Numbered from the stretch's first letter, positions 34,161 through 47,522 are shown. The stretch is 64,000 bases of DNA from Selaginella moellendorffii (GCF_000143415.4 NW_003314276.1:2169072-2233071), one strand, 5' to 3'. Numbers and translations: made by a program. The notes: generated from the letters alone by a model not told the origin.

Positions 34161-34996
34161 TTACCGGTTGATCCATTCGTTGGCACGACCACCCGACTCG
34201 TCCATGTCGATGAAGAGGCTCACGGCCTTGCCAATGCGTGGCCTCTCTTTTGTCTTCTCGAGGCTGGAGCGAATCACCGATACGGCTCCCCAGCACTTGA
34301 GAGCGTTGGCCACATCGTCCAAGTGTAGGAGATACTCTTCCTCGCTCAGTGGAAACGATCTCTGGAAGAAAACATAGCCATAGAAGCTCGAGTTTACGCA
34401 AGAATCTAGCTCCAAAGTACCTGTTCTCGATATTTCCACATGACATTCATGGCCAAGTATTGCTTCCCCAAGAATTCCTGTGGATGGATCGTGAGCAAGC
34501 ATCGAAAACACTGTCCTTTGCTGGAAGAAGTTCTTCGAGTCTTACCTTCTTGATGAGCTGAACGTCGTAAGATCTTCCATACTTCTTTCGAATCAGGCCC
34601 GCCAGATCAATCCCGCTGAAGCTCATCTCGTTCTTGTCCACGCTCTTTTCCAGGTCCTCCCGGAATCTCTCGGCATCTGCCTACACAGCGCGAGTCACAA
34701 GAACCAGAAATATTACCGAGAGAAGACCGCGATCGATCGCATTGCCTACTCACATCTGCTGGATTCCACTTCAGATCCTCGCTCTCTTCTTCATCATCGC
34801 TCTCCGACGAATCTCTGCTCGCGGCGGAGGCCCTTACTTGGACGAAGCAGCACCTGATCGCCGGCTGGCACGACGACGAGAAGGCTACTGCCGCTCGAAT
34901 CCCAAATTTCTTCGTCTGGATCAATCCACCGCAATCCAAGAGAGCGATCGAGGCCGCGCGATCCGATGCCGCCGCGCAAGCGCTGAGCTGCTTCAT
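34161..34996 (-). CDS. DUF3067 family protein, probably plastid-targeted (4 exons: 34996-34754, 34680-34546, 34477-34421, 34361-34161)
   Basis: Spliced LIRKKYGRSYDVQLIKKEFLGKQYLAMNVMWKYREQRSFPLSEEEY...RPRIGKAVS; GT-AG introns; Ser/Ala-rich N-terminus. Confidence 0.9.
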
Positions 34997-35165
34997 TGTT
35001 GCCCTAGATTATGCCCGCCCGCCATCGCCAAGCTCATTGGCCATTCATTCCCGCCACGTATCTTTGCTGACCTGGCATTTTCTTGCCCACAAGTTTGAAA
35101 GCATTGGTTTTAGGTCATTTTATTTCTATCGTTCTAGCTGGGAGCTATGCTCCCGCGCTATCGTC

Positions 35166-37062
35166 ATGGATCCCCTTCTTAGCAGCTCGTTGGTAGGGCA
35201 TGGCGTGAGAAGCATTGATCTCCACAGCAAGCTATTGCTACTCGGTGGATTTAGTTATGGCAGTAGTCCAGGAATCCAGAAAATTTCATCTGCGCGGAGG
35301 TTCAAGGCTTCTGGATCATCCGCAGCGGCGGATAAGCTCATCGACGATCGCAGCGCCGAGGATTCACCAGTTAGCTCCTCGATTGGAGTGAAGGAGCCGG
35401 TCTACGAGGTGAAAATCTCTCTCGGCTTATATTCTCAGCTAACTATTGCTTTCCAGGTTCTACAAGTGGATCCCAGAGGGAATGTGATCAAGAAAGAAGT
35501 TAGCCGGCGACAATTGCTAAAGACCAGCGGTAAGAGGTAGTGAGCTTGGTTTCTTTCTTGCTGGATTGGTGATGTTTCTATGTTTTCTTGGTCAGGTTTG
35601 AGGCTACGTGATATAAGGAGCGTAGACCCGTCGCTATGGGTCACAAACTCGATGCCATCCTTACTGGTAATCCTCGTGTTTCTCTTGGAGGATTTCTATC
35701 ATGTTTGTTTTGCTAGAGCTGGATCAGGTACGAGACAATGCGATATTGTTGAACCTCGGTAGCTTGAGAGCAATTGCTACTCCCGAAAGTGTTCTTCTCT
35801 TCGACCACAAGAAGTAAGAAAGAAAGTGATCGTCTTGCTTGTGGTGATTTGCTCACACTGCTGCAGCATTGGTGCACAGCTGTTCCTGGAGACCATCGTT
35901 CAGCGACTTAACGTAGAAAATTCTGGAAGCGTGTCAATGCCCTTTGAGCTTGAGGTAGGCAACCTCTTAAGAAATATCACAGACTCTTAAGCTGAATTGG
36001 TTAGCTAGGTAATCGAAGCAGCATTGATTTCCAGAACGCAGAGGCTGGAACAAACCTTGATGAAGGTTGAACCTAAAGTAAGAATCATCGATCGCTAAAC
36101 GCTGGCCTTGTGTAACGATTAAATGAACAGGTGTTGGCGTTGCTGGAAATATTGCCAAATAAACTCACAGGGGATGTTCTGGAGGACCTTCGAGTTAGCA
36201 AGCAATCACTGGTAGACGAGCTTTCTTGCACGTATAATTCGTGACCTTTGAACATTTCAGGTGGAACTCATAGCGAAGTCAGACGCTCTGAGACAAATGC
36301 TTCTCGACTTGCTTGAAACTCCACAGGACATTCGTAGGATGGCGATCCTCGGGCGCAATTGCAGACTGGGCAATAACGGGTCATTCGAATGCGTCGTATC
36401 AGCTGATAAGCAAATCGCCGAAGGTATCGTGGATATGATTTGCGATTTTCTTGATTGAATGATTTTTCCAGACGAAGAAGAGGAGATCGAGATGCTTATA
36501 GAAAACTACCTGCAACGGTACGTGCGTTTAAGTTTGAACAAATATGGATTTTCACTCGATTCTATATGATAGAAGCGAGTCATGTCACGGCCAAGCGCAA
36601 AAGCTCCTTGATTCCGCTAGAGAGATGGAGGACTCCATTGCTGTAAACTTGAGGTATGGATCCCAAAATCGGAGTAAACCATGACTTGATCGTTTCCTTT
36701 GTAAACTTTCAGCTCCAGACGGCTTGAAGTTGGTCGCCTGGAACTCTTGCTCCAGGTAGCAACATTCTGCTCGGCCCTGGGTGCTCTCATCGCAGGTAGA
36801 GTCTCTGGATTATAGTTGTTCTCCCTGCAAACTCTAATTGCAAAACACACGCGCAGGGCTCTTCGGGATGAACTTGAGATCCTATTTGGAAGAACGCACT
36901 GTAAGAACGGTTTTCCTTTCGTGCATCTCACAGCAGTGCTAACGCTCCAAGCCTTCGTGATTGCAGTACGCGTTTTGGCTCACCACGGGGGGAATAATCG
37001 TCGGGGGCATCATGCTGTTCTTGATGATGTACAATTATCTCAAACAGCGACGGATTCTCTAA
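35166..37062 (+). CDS. MRS2-11: Chloroplast CorA-type magnesium transporter (about 13 exons)
   Basis: SRRQLLKTSGLRLRDIRSVDPSL, MPFELEV, EEEEIEMLIENYLQR, GLFGMNLRSYLEE (GMN motif), two C-terminal TM helices. Confidence 0.93.
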
Positions 37063-37346
37063 GAGGTACTTTTCAGTTTCTTCGTTTCTTCGCACACATT
37101 TATAAAAGCTGTGCAAGTGATTGCGATGACTGTCCAAATCTAGGAAGGTACTTCGATGCTCTTTAGTGCTAGGCTGAGTTGGAACGCATCGCACGAGAAG
37201 AAAGCGGACGAGCATTACGCTCTTCTTTTGCATAAAAGGATGCTGCCACAGAGATGGTGTTGGAGGACGCAGAGAAAGTTGGTGCTCGCGATTCCTTGTC
37301 GGACGATACCAGATCATTCCACTAGGGAAGAGCAACCGATCATCGG

Positions 37347-39150
37347 ATGGCAAAGCTCGCGGGAACGATCGTTTGCTGCTACTGGATCACTGTGGTGGCC
37401 TCCTCCTCCTCGTCTCCCGCGATCGGAGTGAACTGGGGGACGTTTGAGTCCGTGAAGCTGGATCCCAGAGCAGTGGTGGAGATGCTCGAGGCCAACGGGA
37501 TTGGAAGAGTGAAGCTCTTTGACGCGGATCCAGCGGTCGTGGGCGCTTTCAGGAACAGCAAGATCGAGCTCACGGTGGCGCTGCCAAACGAGATGCTGCG
37601 GCTGGTGGGATCGCTCCCGGCGGCAGCTCGCAATTGGGTTCGTAGGAACGTGACGCGCTACATCCGAGAGAACGTCAATATCAAGTAAAAACTCTCTCTC
37701 GATCGATCGTAGAGAAAGCTAGAAAAAAGAAAAGCTTGCCTGGATGGATCATGGCTGTTTGGCTGCTTGATCGATTGCTCCCAGCTTTTGGAGCATCTGG
37801 AACATAGATGAAAGTCGATGAGTGGTAACTTTAGCGTTTCTAGCATCTGGAAAGTCCATGAGTGGTTTTGTCTGATCGATTGTTACCAGCTTTTCCAGCA
37901 TCTGGAACATAGATCAAAGTCGATGAGTGGTAGCTTTGATCGATTACTACCTCGATTGACGTCCAAAACTTTGTCCATCCAGGTATGTAGCGATCGGCAA
38001 CGAGCCCTTCCTCAAGAGCTACAATGGGAGCTATCAATCCTACACGTACCCAGCGCTGATCAACATCCAGAACGCGCTACGCGGCGGCGACGAAGGCACC
38101 CGCGCCGTCAAGGCAACCATCCCCATGAACGCCGACGTGCTGGCGGAGACCGTACCCATGGTCCCATCGGCGGGCGCATTCCGTACCGATGTGGCCGCCG
38201 AGATGATCCGCATCGCCGCCGCGCTCGCCGATCACGCGTCGCCCTTCACGATCAACATCTACCCCTTCCTCAGCCTGGCGCAGGATCCATTCTTCCCCAA
38301 GGAATTCGCCTTCTTGGACGGCGCCGCCCCGCCGCTCGTCGATGGCGATCGATCCTACTCCAACGCCTTCGCCGCCGCCTACGATACCCTAGCCGCGGCG
38401 CTCGCGAGGATCGGCTTCCCGGACATGGCGATCGTGGTGGGAGAGATCGGCTGGCCGACCGAGGGGCATCCCGACGCCACCGCTACAAATGCTCAGCGAT
38501 TCAACCAGCGGCTCGTGGATCACATCCTGGACGGCGCCGGGACGCCGATGCGCGCGGGGCCGATGGAGATCTTCCTCTTCGCGCTGCTCGACGAGGACCA
38601 GAAACCTATCGCGGCTGGAAACTTCGAGCGCCACTGGGGAATCCTCGCATCCGACGGGGCGGCAAAGTACACGCTCAACCTAACAGTTTTGGGCGGGACA
38701 ACTTCAAATTCAAATTCAAATTCAAATTTGAATTTGAATTCTTCCCGCCCGGCTATGGCGCTGAACGGGGTTATGGTTCGTCACCTCCCCAGCAAGTGGT
38801 GCGTGCTCAATCCCGACGCCGATGTCACGCTCGTCGGCCAGAACATGGAGTACGCTTGCAGCTTCGCCGATTGCACGCCGCTCATGTATGGGGGATCGTG
38901 CAACGAGATTGGGGGCGATGGGAACGCCTCCTTCGCTTTCAATAGCTACTTCCAGATCAATCAGCAGGAGCGCCACTCCTGCCACTTCGATGGATTGGGG
39001 ACAATCACCAAAGTGGATCCATCGCTGGGATCTTGCGTCTTCCGGATTGGAATCCAGTCGGCCGCCACCAGGAGGAGCCAGAGCTGGATCACAGCAGTAG
39101 CTTTAATCTTTCCTCTCTTTTCCTCGCAAATACTTACATCGCTTCCTTGA
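37347..39150 (+). CDS. Glucan endo-1,3-beta-glucosidase (GH17 + X8, GPI-type tail); exons 37347-37684, 37983-39150
   Basis: IGVNWG, VKLFDAD, YVAIGNEP, IVVGEIGWPT, GNFERHWGI, X8 WCV...ASFAFNSYFQ. Confidence 0.95.
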
Positions 39151-39195
39151 AAATCGATCACTTCCATCCCTTCTCCTCTCGCAATCGCTCAAACA

Positions 39196-40837
39196 TCAAA
39201 ATCTTTCCAGCTTCCAGAGGGCGATGAGAATCGCGCTCGCCGCAACCAGCAAATCTCTGATCGAGTAGCAACCATTTCTTCGTGATCCACCGGAGCTCTC
39301 ACTGCTGGTGCTGGTGCTGTTGCTATCACCACCGCTAGAACCAGGCGAGCGAGGCGAGGTCGACGATGAATTTGTGGTGGCGATCTGGATCTTAAACTGG
39401 CACGTCCCGGACGAGGGGCTGGTCTTGGTGATCGTCGCCAAGCCATCGAAGTAGCAGCTCGTGTTGAGTTGATCGTAGAGCTGGTAGTAACTGTTGAAAG
39501 CATACGAAGCTTTCGCGTCACTACCCATCCCATCACACGAGCTGCCGGGGACGATCGACGTGCAATCCGAGTGAGAGCACGCATAGTCCATGTTGTTCCC
39601 CAGTCTGGCGATATCACCGCTCGGATCCAGCACGCACCACTGCCGGGGAAGATACTTGACACTGCTCGCGTTCACCAAGTTGGCCGTCGCGTTTCCACTG
39701 CCTTGAAGATCTAGCCTGTACTTGGCCTTGCCATCGTAGCCGAAGATCCCCCAGTGCCTCTCAAAGTTTCCTGGCGAGATGGTCTTTTGATCCTCGTCGA
39801 GAAGGCTGAAGAGGTAGGCCTCGAGCGGAGGCCTCCTCAGCGGCGTGCCGGACTGTAGGACGTGACGGATGAAAGCCTGGTTGAATCTGACAGCGTTGGC
39901 GACGTTGGCGTTTATGTCCCCGTCGGTCGGCCACCCGATCTCTCCGATGATGATCGTCATGTTGGAATAGCCGGCTTTCGTGAGAGCTGCCACCAGCAGA
40001 TCATAGCTCGCGTCGAAAACGTTGGTGTAGCTGAGGTTGCCATCCACTAGCGGGAAGTCAGTGCCGTCGAAGAAAGCGAAGTCCCTTGGAAAGTGTGGGT
40101 CTTGCTGGAGGCTGAGGAACGGATAGACGTTGATAACGAAGGGCGCGTTGTGCTCGGCCAGGGCTTCCACAACTTTGAGGACCTGTGGTGCTATGTCTGG
40201 ACGGAAAATCCCTCCTGAAGGTAATGTCGAGTCGCCATTGCTAAGAACGTCCCCGTTCAACGGTATAGTGGCCTTGATGCTCTCACCCAGTCCTGCACTT
40301 ACCAGAGCATCCTGGACGTTTTTCAGTGCCGGGTACGCCAAGTTGTCATAGCTTCCATTGTACGCCTTGAGAAATGGCTCGTTTCCTACGGCCACGTATC
40401 TGCAAGTAGCTATAGTAATATAAACATGATCTGTGTCTCACGACAAAACAATGACGAAACACTTACTTTATCTTGACCCCGTTCTTCGCTGTCCTGTATC
40501 GAGTGACATTTCTACGCACCCAGTTCCGAGCCGCTGCAGGAAGTGTAGCAACCAGCTCCAGCATCTCGTTGGGAATTGCTATCATCAGCTCCATATCTGT
40601 TCCCCGAAACGACTCCATCACTCCAGGATCTGCATCGAACAGCTTCACCTTGGAGATCCCATTCGCTCGAAGCATCTGGACAACGGTTTTGTTGGGAAGC
40701 CTGTGAGATGCCATTGTCCCCCAATTCACACCGATCCCTGCAGCCTCCGAGTGCCTTGAGCTGCACCACACCATGCACAACAGCAGTAGCTGCCACCACC
40801 ACTGCAGCCGGAGCGAGGAGCTCCGTCTCGAGATCAT
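39196..40837 (-). CDS. Glucan endo-1,3-beta-glucosidase (GH17 + X8 + Ser-rich linker + GPI signal); exons 40837 (or 40888)-40467, 40399-39196
   Basis: IGVNWGTMASH, YVAVGNEP, IIIGEIGWPTDG, X8 domain; same intron position as its neighbour. Confidence 0.95.
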
Positions 40838-41363
40838 CCCGATGGGCTGCAAACTGCTGTTACGCTTGTTACGCTTGTTCCTCTTCATGCGCTTAGAAAC
40901 GCTCCAGGGAGGAGCGTTTGGAAGCCTGAACGCGAGAGGGACAGCGAGCCTGCATCCAACGCATCTGTCAGAAATCCGGGCGATGGATCACCAACCGCGC
41001 ATAAAAAAAAAACATGCTACCTTGTCTGATATACTTACGGCCACGCTAAGTAGGTGCCTTGTTGCGTTGTCGTCTTCGGAGAACAATGAAGGAAGGAAGA
41101 GTTTGAGTCGTTGACGACTCCATTGAGCCTGTCCATGGTGTAAAATCTCCAGAGTCAGGGAATTTGTAAGGCGTCTTAAATCGGACAAGCGAGCGGTCTA
41201 CGTCAAAGGCACCCACCTCTTCTGCGCGCGTTCACATGACTCTCTGTGCGCCTATAGGGAGAGCATCCATGCGTCCTTGCAGAAAAGTGGCTTCCAAGGG
41301 AAGCATTCAGTTCAGTGCGCCACGTAGAATAATAAACAAACTGGACTAGGAACCTGAGATAAT

Positions 41364-42600
41364 TTACCGATTTTTCAAGGAATCGGCATTGAACTTCAAC
41401 TCCTGGAACATCCTCGTCACCCAGTTAGCGTTGCTCGAGGAAGACCCTTTGGCTTGCTTAAGAATAAGCCGGAGTTTCTCGTAAGAAGGCTTCTCAGGCT
41501 CGACAGCGATGCACTCGCTTTCGCCAGAGCCATCCGTGAGGAAGACCTGGATGTCATTCATAGCACTCGTCAACACAAGGAAAAAAACATGGAGAAAGGA
41601 AACGGAGAACGACGTACAACCTGCCAGCTCCCTGGATGTCTTTTAAAAATCTTCACGTTGTCTCCTAAGATTCGGAGCTGCTGCAAGTAATAAACCATAG
41701 AAAAGCTCTTGACGAAGTCCTCTTTCAATTTCTTCTTTCCTCCAAACCCAAAGTCGGAGATCACCTGTGTGAAAAAAGATCAACAAGAGCTCGAAAAGCT
41801 TTCAAACAGCTAGCTTACTTGCCCGTCTCGCCACTCAGCATTCATAAGTATAAGAGGCCGATCGATATTCCTGCTTGCCATTTCCTGGATAACATCCAGC
41901 GTCTCCGCTGTTGGAAACAGTACCAAAGCCACCTGGATGACAATGGAATCGATCCGATCAGACCAAAACTTAACGCTCTAGAACTCTTACATTTCCATTC
42001 TCCCAAGCACCCACGGCATCTCCTTCGTCGATGAGGTATTTTTTGAGCTCGCCACCGCTAGAACTTTCATTCTCAACAGGAGTGATCCTCGAGAGAAGAG
42101 ACGAGACCATCGGTGCCGCAGCTTTGAATCGCTGCTGGATTCCTCCCTAGCAAAGCACAGCACACTAGTCCACAGCATGAGCAACGAAAGAACACACGAG
42201 AGAACTTACGGGCCAATCGTCGAGGTCGGTAGCTCCGATCAGTGGAAGCGGCATTTCAAGTTGGAGACGCTTGGAACCATCTCTCATCGCTTGCTTGCAC
42301 GCGATTCTTGCCTGGAATGTGAGGAATTCCTCTCCATTCTTCCCAAGAACAGCAACACCTACCTGATCAATGCTCTCCTCCAGAGTATCCGGCAGTGGGA
42401 AGATTCTTGGCGGCGCTCCAGCCTAGAGCACGCAAACAAGGAAATCGCATCGACTAGATGAAACAGCAGCAAAAAACCTGAGAAGAATCCTGGGCCGCAT
42501 TTCTCACTGGTCGATGCTTCCTCTGGAGCTGGTGTGGCGGCGCGGCGCCTATCGATCGCGCCACGATCCACGACGATCGCTCGAGTCCTAGAAGAATCAT
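41364..42600 (-). CDS. DUF1995 family protein, probably plastid-targeted (7 exons)
   Basis: Spliced P.TLEESIDQARIACKQAMRDG.KRLQLEMPLPLIGATDLDDWPGGIQQRFKAA...RPLILMNAEW...SDFGFG...HPGSWQVF. Confidence 0.82.
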
Positions 42601-42666
42601 CAGGAAAATATTTTGGCCTAGGGTGTAGAGAGGAGAGCTAAGAACCCTAATATTTCTTGGGGAGCT

Positions 42667-43348
42667 ATGGCGGGCGCGTCGGCCGCGGGCGTGATGGAAG
42701 AGGTGAGCAAGCTGAGCGTGGATCAGATCCGGCAGGTCAAGGATCAGGTGGATGGCGAGCTCAGCGTGCTCCAAGACAGCGTCAACAACATAAGAACTGC
42801 AGCGAATCGATTCGAGATGGCTGCCAAGGCGCTCCAAAATCTCTCGCAGCATCCCAATGGTGGGAAATGTAGCTATGAAAATGCTCTAACTCTCTCTCTT
42901 TTCGATCAATTCAGGCAAGAAGCTCCTGGTTCCACTCACGGCATCGCTCTACGTTCCTGGAACGCTTCAAGACGTTGAGAAAGTTCTTATAGACGTTGGA
43001 ACAGGCTACTACATTGAGGTATAGAAGTTTTTCTCTCTTCTTTCTAGAGTTTCTAGCCTCGTTGTTTCTTTCCACGAGAGATCATCGCAAGTTCTACTGT
43101 TGTGTCTAGAAATCTGTCACCGATGGGAAGGATTACTGCGACCGCAAAATCAACTTCTTAAAAGCCAACCACGAGAAGCTGATGGAGGTAAGCTTTTTCC
43201 TTGTTTCTCTTTTGTTCTTTCTTCGTGTCCGATGCGAGATTTTGTTCTTCTGGAACTCGAACAGGTAGCTTCCGAGAAGAGGAATGTGGCCGAGCAAGTC
43301 AATATGGTTTTGCAAGCCAAGCTACGCCAAGTAATGGCCTCGAAGTGA
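42667..43348 (+). CDS. PFD5: Prefoldin alpha subunit 5 (4 exons)
   Basis: [37 protein letters not shown]...YCDRKINFL. Confidence 0.95.
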
Positions 43349-44548
43349 CTTCAAACAAGACCAGGATCAGCCAGGAAGCTCTTACTTTTTCTACTTTTGA
43401 CGCTTCTCACGAGCGTAGTTCTCACAGGAGCTGATCTTTTATACTGCGAAGATCATTTGCAAACTCTTGGAAGTTTTCGACCAGCGTGAAAACACCGAAT
43501 GCTCTTTTGATTCAATCCAGGCGCGGCTGGCTGGAAACTCTTATTACAACAAACCCGATTGTCACTACTACGTTCTACGCTCCACCACCCGCGACAAAGC
43601 GGAGAAGAGAGAATCTCTCCTCCATGATCGCACAACGCGGCATGTATACGAATCGAGACCGCGGATGGTGGTGCACAGCAGCAAGAGTGTCAACAAAGGG
43701 GGCCAAAATGAACGAATATTTGCAACTTTTGATGGGTGTCGGTGACTATAGAGAAGGGAAAAAAAAACGTATTTTTTCTGCCAAGAGATGAAAAGAGATG
43801 ATAATGCCCGATGATGCTCGATCATGGTGTTGATGAGAGAAGAGTGTAGTGGAAGCAGCAGCAAATCTCTCCTTCCAATCCAACACTAAACGAGAGAGAA
43901 GATTGATCATGAGAAGAGAAAGCCAGGAAGAAGATAGATAAACAAAGTGGTGGAAAGGAGAAGAGAGAAAGAAAAGGAAAAAGTATGGTGTGAGGGAGTG
44001 ATGGATGGAAAACGAAAGGGGAGGAAGGAGTGATGATGAATGCAGTGGCAGTAGCAGCAGTGGCAGTGGCAGCAGCAGCAGTAGCAGCAGCAGATCTAAC
44101 TTTTGTTTCGGGCTCGCACCTCTGATGTAGACGCCACAGCGGTTGGTTGCCACGAAACCAAAATCGCTTTGTCTTCCCTTGCTACTGCTTGCTGGCCGAT
44201 GATGACGATCGGTGATCCAACCTGGTTATCGATCGGTGGGAAGGAAGAATCGCTCGAAAACGCTGCTCCAACCACCGAAGAGCCTTTTTGCGGGTGAGAG
44301 AACTTTGGCAGCGAAGCAGCATTGTCTCCCCCCTCCAGATCTAGAAATTGTCACCACCTGCTCTCGGCTCTCGATCCAATCGATGCTATGCCACTGCTCC
44401 CACTCAATCCATCAGGAAAAACCACTCTTTTCCTTGGCTTGGCGCTGGAATTTGGACGGGGATCTCACCCAATGGCGTATAGGACAGAACTCTCGCAAAA
44501 CTCCCGGAAGAAAGAAGAACGAAAGAATCCCTCGTGTGTGGCCTGCTA

Positions 44549-46219
44549 CTACCTAGACGATCGAGAGTCATCTCGGCTACTATCTGGCTGTTGCTGCTGC
44601 TGCTGCTGCTGCTGCGATTGCTGCTGCTGCTGCTGTTGGTGCTGCTGCATTTGCTGCTGCTGTTCTTGCGGATCGTGATGCCCGCCTCGCGTACCGTAGG
44701 GGCCGCCCTGGAACGCCGCCAGCATCCCCAGATGGCTGCTCTCCGGCGGCTGCTGGCCAAGGAGCATCGACGTGAGTTGTCCCAAGTGGTGGCCGCCGCC
44801 GCCGCCGCCGGTACCGCCCGGCTGTAAGTCGAGGCCCGGCAGTATCCGCGGCGGCATGATCGTCACGCCGCCGGGCAGCACGGACCCCGTTAGCGGCATC
44901 ATCGGGCTGCCTTGTGTCACTTGCTGTGCCGTGCGGTACAGCTGCGACGCGCCACCGCCGCCGGCCCCACCGCCGGCGGTATTAAACGTCCAGATTGCCT
45001 GCTCCGCCACGCCGCCGCCGCCGCCGCCGCCGCCAGTGGGCAGCATCCAAAACGCGCTGGGCACCATCAATCCCTGCTGCATTGTCTGGTGCTGGTGCTG
45101 CTGGGTGGATCGCGCGGCGGCGCTGGGGCTCCGGCCGAGCGTGATTCCCTGGGGATCCGGGGGATCCCTCAGGCTGCTCAGCAATCCCCGGGGACGCTTG
45201 CGGTAGTGGCCGCTGCTCTCGGGGCTGCCGCTACCGCCGCCGCCATCGCCGCCGCCACCACCGCCGCTACCGCCCTCGTCCACGTCCCCAGCGCTGCCCA
45301 GTAGCCCCTCGTGCTGGAAGCCCACGACCAGCTCCTCCCCCGGCTGCCCTAACAGCCCGGATCGCAGCCTTGTCTCCTCGCTACTCTCGGTCGCCCACCC
45401 CTGCGCCGCGGCGGCCCTAGCGGCGGCGGCAGCGGCGGCGCTTTGCTGGCGGAGCTGCTCTAGCCGGTGCTGGTGCCCCGCCGCCGCCGCGAGCTCCGCC
45501 GCCTCCCGCTGCTGCTGCCCTAGCGCCGCCAGGCCGATGGAGGTGTGGAGGCTGGCGGATCTCCCGGAGCCGGAGCTCCGGAGCGAGCCCTGGAGCGTGG
45601 CGGCGATGGCGGGGATGGTGCCCGTGCCCGTGGCGGCGATGATGGCCGGCTCCGCCTGCTGGAGGAGCCACTCGATCGTCTCGCCGTCGGACTTGTGGCC
45701 CAGCTCGCGCGTGAGCTGGAATATTCGCGCCGCGCACACCGCCGGCATCCGGATCCTCCGCCCCCGCCCCTCCACCTTGGTGTGCCGGTCCTTGGTGCTA
45801 GCGCGCTTGGATGGCGGCTTCTTGGGCGGCGCTGCCGGCGGCGCCGCCGCCTGTTCTTGAGCTTCTCCCCCGCCGCCGCCACCCCCGGCGGCCTTCCCAA
45901 CCGCTATAGCCGACGCCGCGGCTCCTGCTCCTCCTCCTCCTCCCGGCTGCTCCGCCGATGGCCCCATTGGAGATTCGTGCTGGGAGCCTCCCATTGCCGC
46001 CATTGCCTGGGCGATAGCTCCGCCTTGCGCAGCGGCGGCGGCGGCAGCAGCGGCGGCGGCTTGAGCTTGCAATCTATAGCGTTGCTGTTGATGTTGCTGC
46101 TGCTGGTAGAATTGCTGCTGCTGCTGCTGTTGCTGCTGTTGCTGCTGCTGCTGCTGCTGGGAGGACAATCCACTCTCCGAGCTTTGGGAGTCGGATTTGC
46201 CATGGCTGGCAGGATCCAT
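44549..46219 (-). CDS. Class I (PCF) TCP transcription factor, intronless; alternative in-frame ATG at 46627
   Basis: [62 protein letters not shown]; poly-Q/A/G tracts. Confidence 0.96.
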   Translation of the reverse strand: MDPASHGKSDSQSSESGLSSQQQQQQQQQQQQQQQQFYQQQQHQQQRYRLQAQAAAAAAAAAAAQGGAIAQAMAAMGGSQHESPMGPSAEQPGGGGGAGAAASAIAVGKAAGGGGGGGEAQEQAAAPPAAPPKKPPSKRASTKDRHTKVEGRGRRIRMPAVCAARIFQLTRELGHKSDGETIEWLLQQAEPAIIAATGTGTIPAIAATLQGSLRSSGSGRSASLHTSIGLAALGQQQREAAELAAAAGHQHRLEQLRQQSAAAAAAARAAAAQGWATESSEETRLRSGLLGQPGEELVVGFQHEGLLGSAGDVDEGGSGGGGGGDGGGGSGSPESSGHYRKRPRGLLSSLRDPPDPQGITLGRSPSAAARSTQQHQHQTMQQGLMVPSAFWMLPTGGGGGGGGVAEQAIWTFNTAGGGAGGGGASQLYRTAQQVTQGSPMMPLTGSVLPGGVTIMPPRILPGLDLQPGGTGGGGGGHHLGQLTSMLLGQQPPESSHLGMLAAFQGGPYGTRGGHHDPQEQQQQMQQHQQQQQQQSQQQQQQQQQPDSSRDDSRSSR

Positions 46220-47115
46220 ACGCTGCCGAGGAGCCCCTAAATTCTTGCGACTAGCTCGACCACCACCACCACCACTCTCCTCCTGTTCCTCCTCTTCCTG
46301 TTCGTCCTCTTTCTCTACAACTACGAACGCGATCCAACTCTGTACCGCATGAACTACAGAGACGATGACGATGGTGACGCTCAGGCATCCAGGCACGAAT
46401 CGGAGCAAATCCTCCACTGTTCCTCCGCCGCCTCTGGAATTCGCCGCCCCGCCACGCCCGCGCCCCGCTCGCTCGCCTCGCCTCAGCAGATGCCAGCAGA
46501 GGGCAAATCCCCGAGCATTGCCCCGCCAATTCCTCCGCTCCCGCGCGGCCTTGACGGATCCTCCCGGCTGTAGCAATGCTGCTCCTCCTGCGCAACCTCG
46601 CCGCCTCTCACCGCCGCCACGCCTCATGCTGCCTGGTTTCCGGGCGGATTGGCGAGCTAGATCCGAGAGAGCGGCGGCGGCAGCAGCGACATTTGCAGCC
46701 CACCCAGCCGCTGCCCATCAGAGCCCCTTGGTGTAGCGCAATTCCCCTCAAGTGCCCATCACTCCAATCGATCTATCCGGCCCAGTGTTCTTGGAAGAAG
46801 CGCGAAAGAGGAAGGAATTCGCCCAACAAGGAGAGGAGAGGAGACAAGAGCGAGCGACCTGTCACTGTTAAACCCCCGCTATTGTGGTTTGGGAGAAATC
46901 CAACCATGGCAAACCTCCATCAACCTTAGATTCTCGTCAAGGACCACCTTGAATGAATGCTAAATCGATGGAAAATCCAACTCTCCCCCCTATGGCACTT
47001 GGCTGCCCGAGCGGTGGATGGATCCAGCAAAAGCTTCCTTGATGTAAGCAATCAAACCGCCTAAAGTTCCCTCCTATAGAGGCTAGAACTCCTCCGTGCT
47101 GCTGTTCTTCCCGGA

Positions 47116-47522
47116 AGAAGAGAGTGAGGAAGAGAGAGAAAGAGAGTGAGAGGAGAGAGAGTGAGAGAGAGAGAGAGAGAGCTCTTCACTGGCAGTGTGA
47201 ATATCTCAGGGTCGTGGCTTTGTTTGGCTCTCGTTCTCACAAAAGAGAGACAAAGGCGACGACGCGACGATCCGGGCCCATAGCCTCTCCTCGTCGCAGC
47301 GCTTCCATTTCCATCACTTCAATCAACAGTCGTCGTCATCGCCGATCGGGCCCAGCACCACTCTCTCTCTTTTTACCGCCTGCAATCGATCGATGGATGG
47401 ATGGATGATCGGCCACTGTGACAGCGATCCCGCGACCCGGGAGGAAGCGCTAGAATTGGCAAGAGAGAGAGAGAGAGAGCGCTAGATCAAACGTAGGAGT
47501 GAAGATCTCTCTCTCTCTCTCG
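47116..47522. repeat. GA/TC dinucleotide tracts upstream of TCP (candidate BPC/GAGA sites)
   Basis: GA-rich 47116-47181, (GA)n 47462-47479, (CT)n 47506-47521. Confidence 0.6.

Noticed and set aside
37750-37940. Intronic ~80-bp duplicated unit as snoRNA pair
   Set aside because: No canonical RUGAUGA/CUGA box pair with terminal stem; treated as a simple tandem duplication.
38703-38740. TCAAAT/ATTTGA palindrome
   Set aside because: Short hexamer slippage encoding an SN/LN linker; no evidence of an independent function.
37818-38945. 375-aa ORF
   Set aside because: Alternative frame over the GH17 intron and exon 2; no recognisable motifs.
43750-44110. Purine-rich and CAG tract as miRNA or ORF
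   Set aside because: Low complexity with no hairpin seen; probably TCP 3' region.
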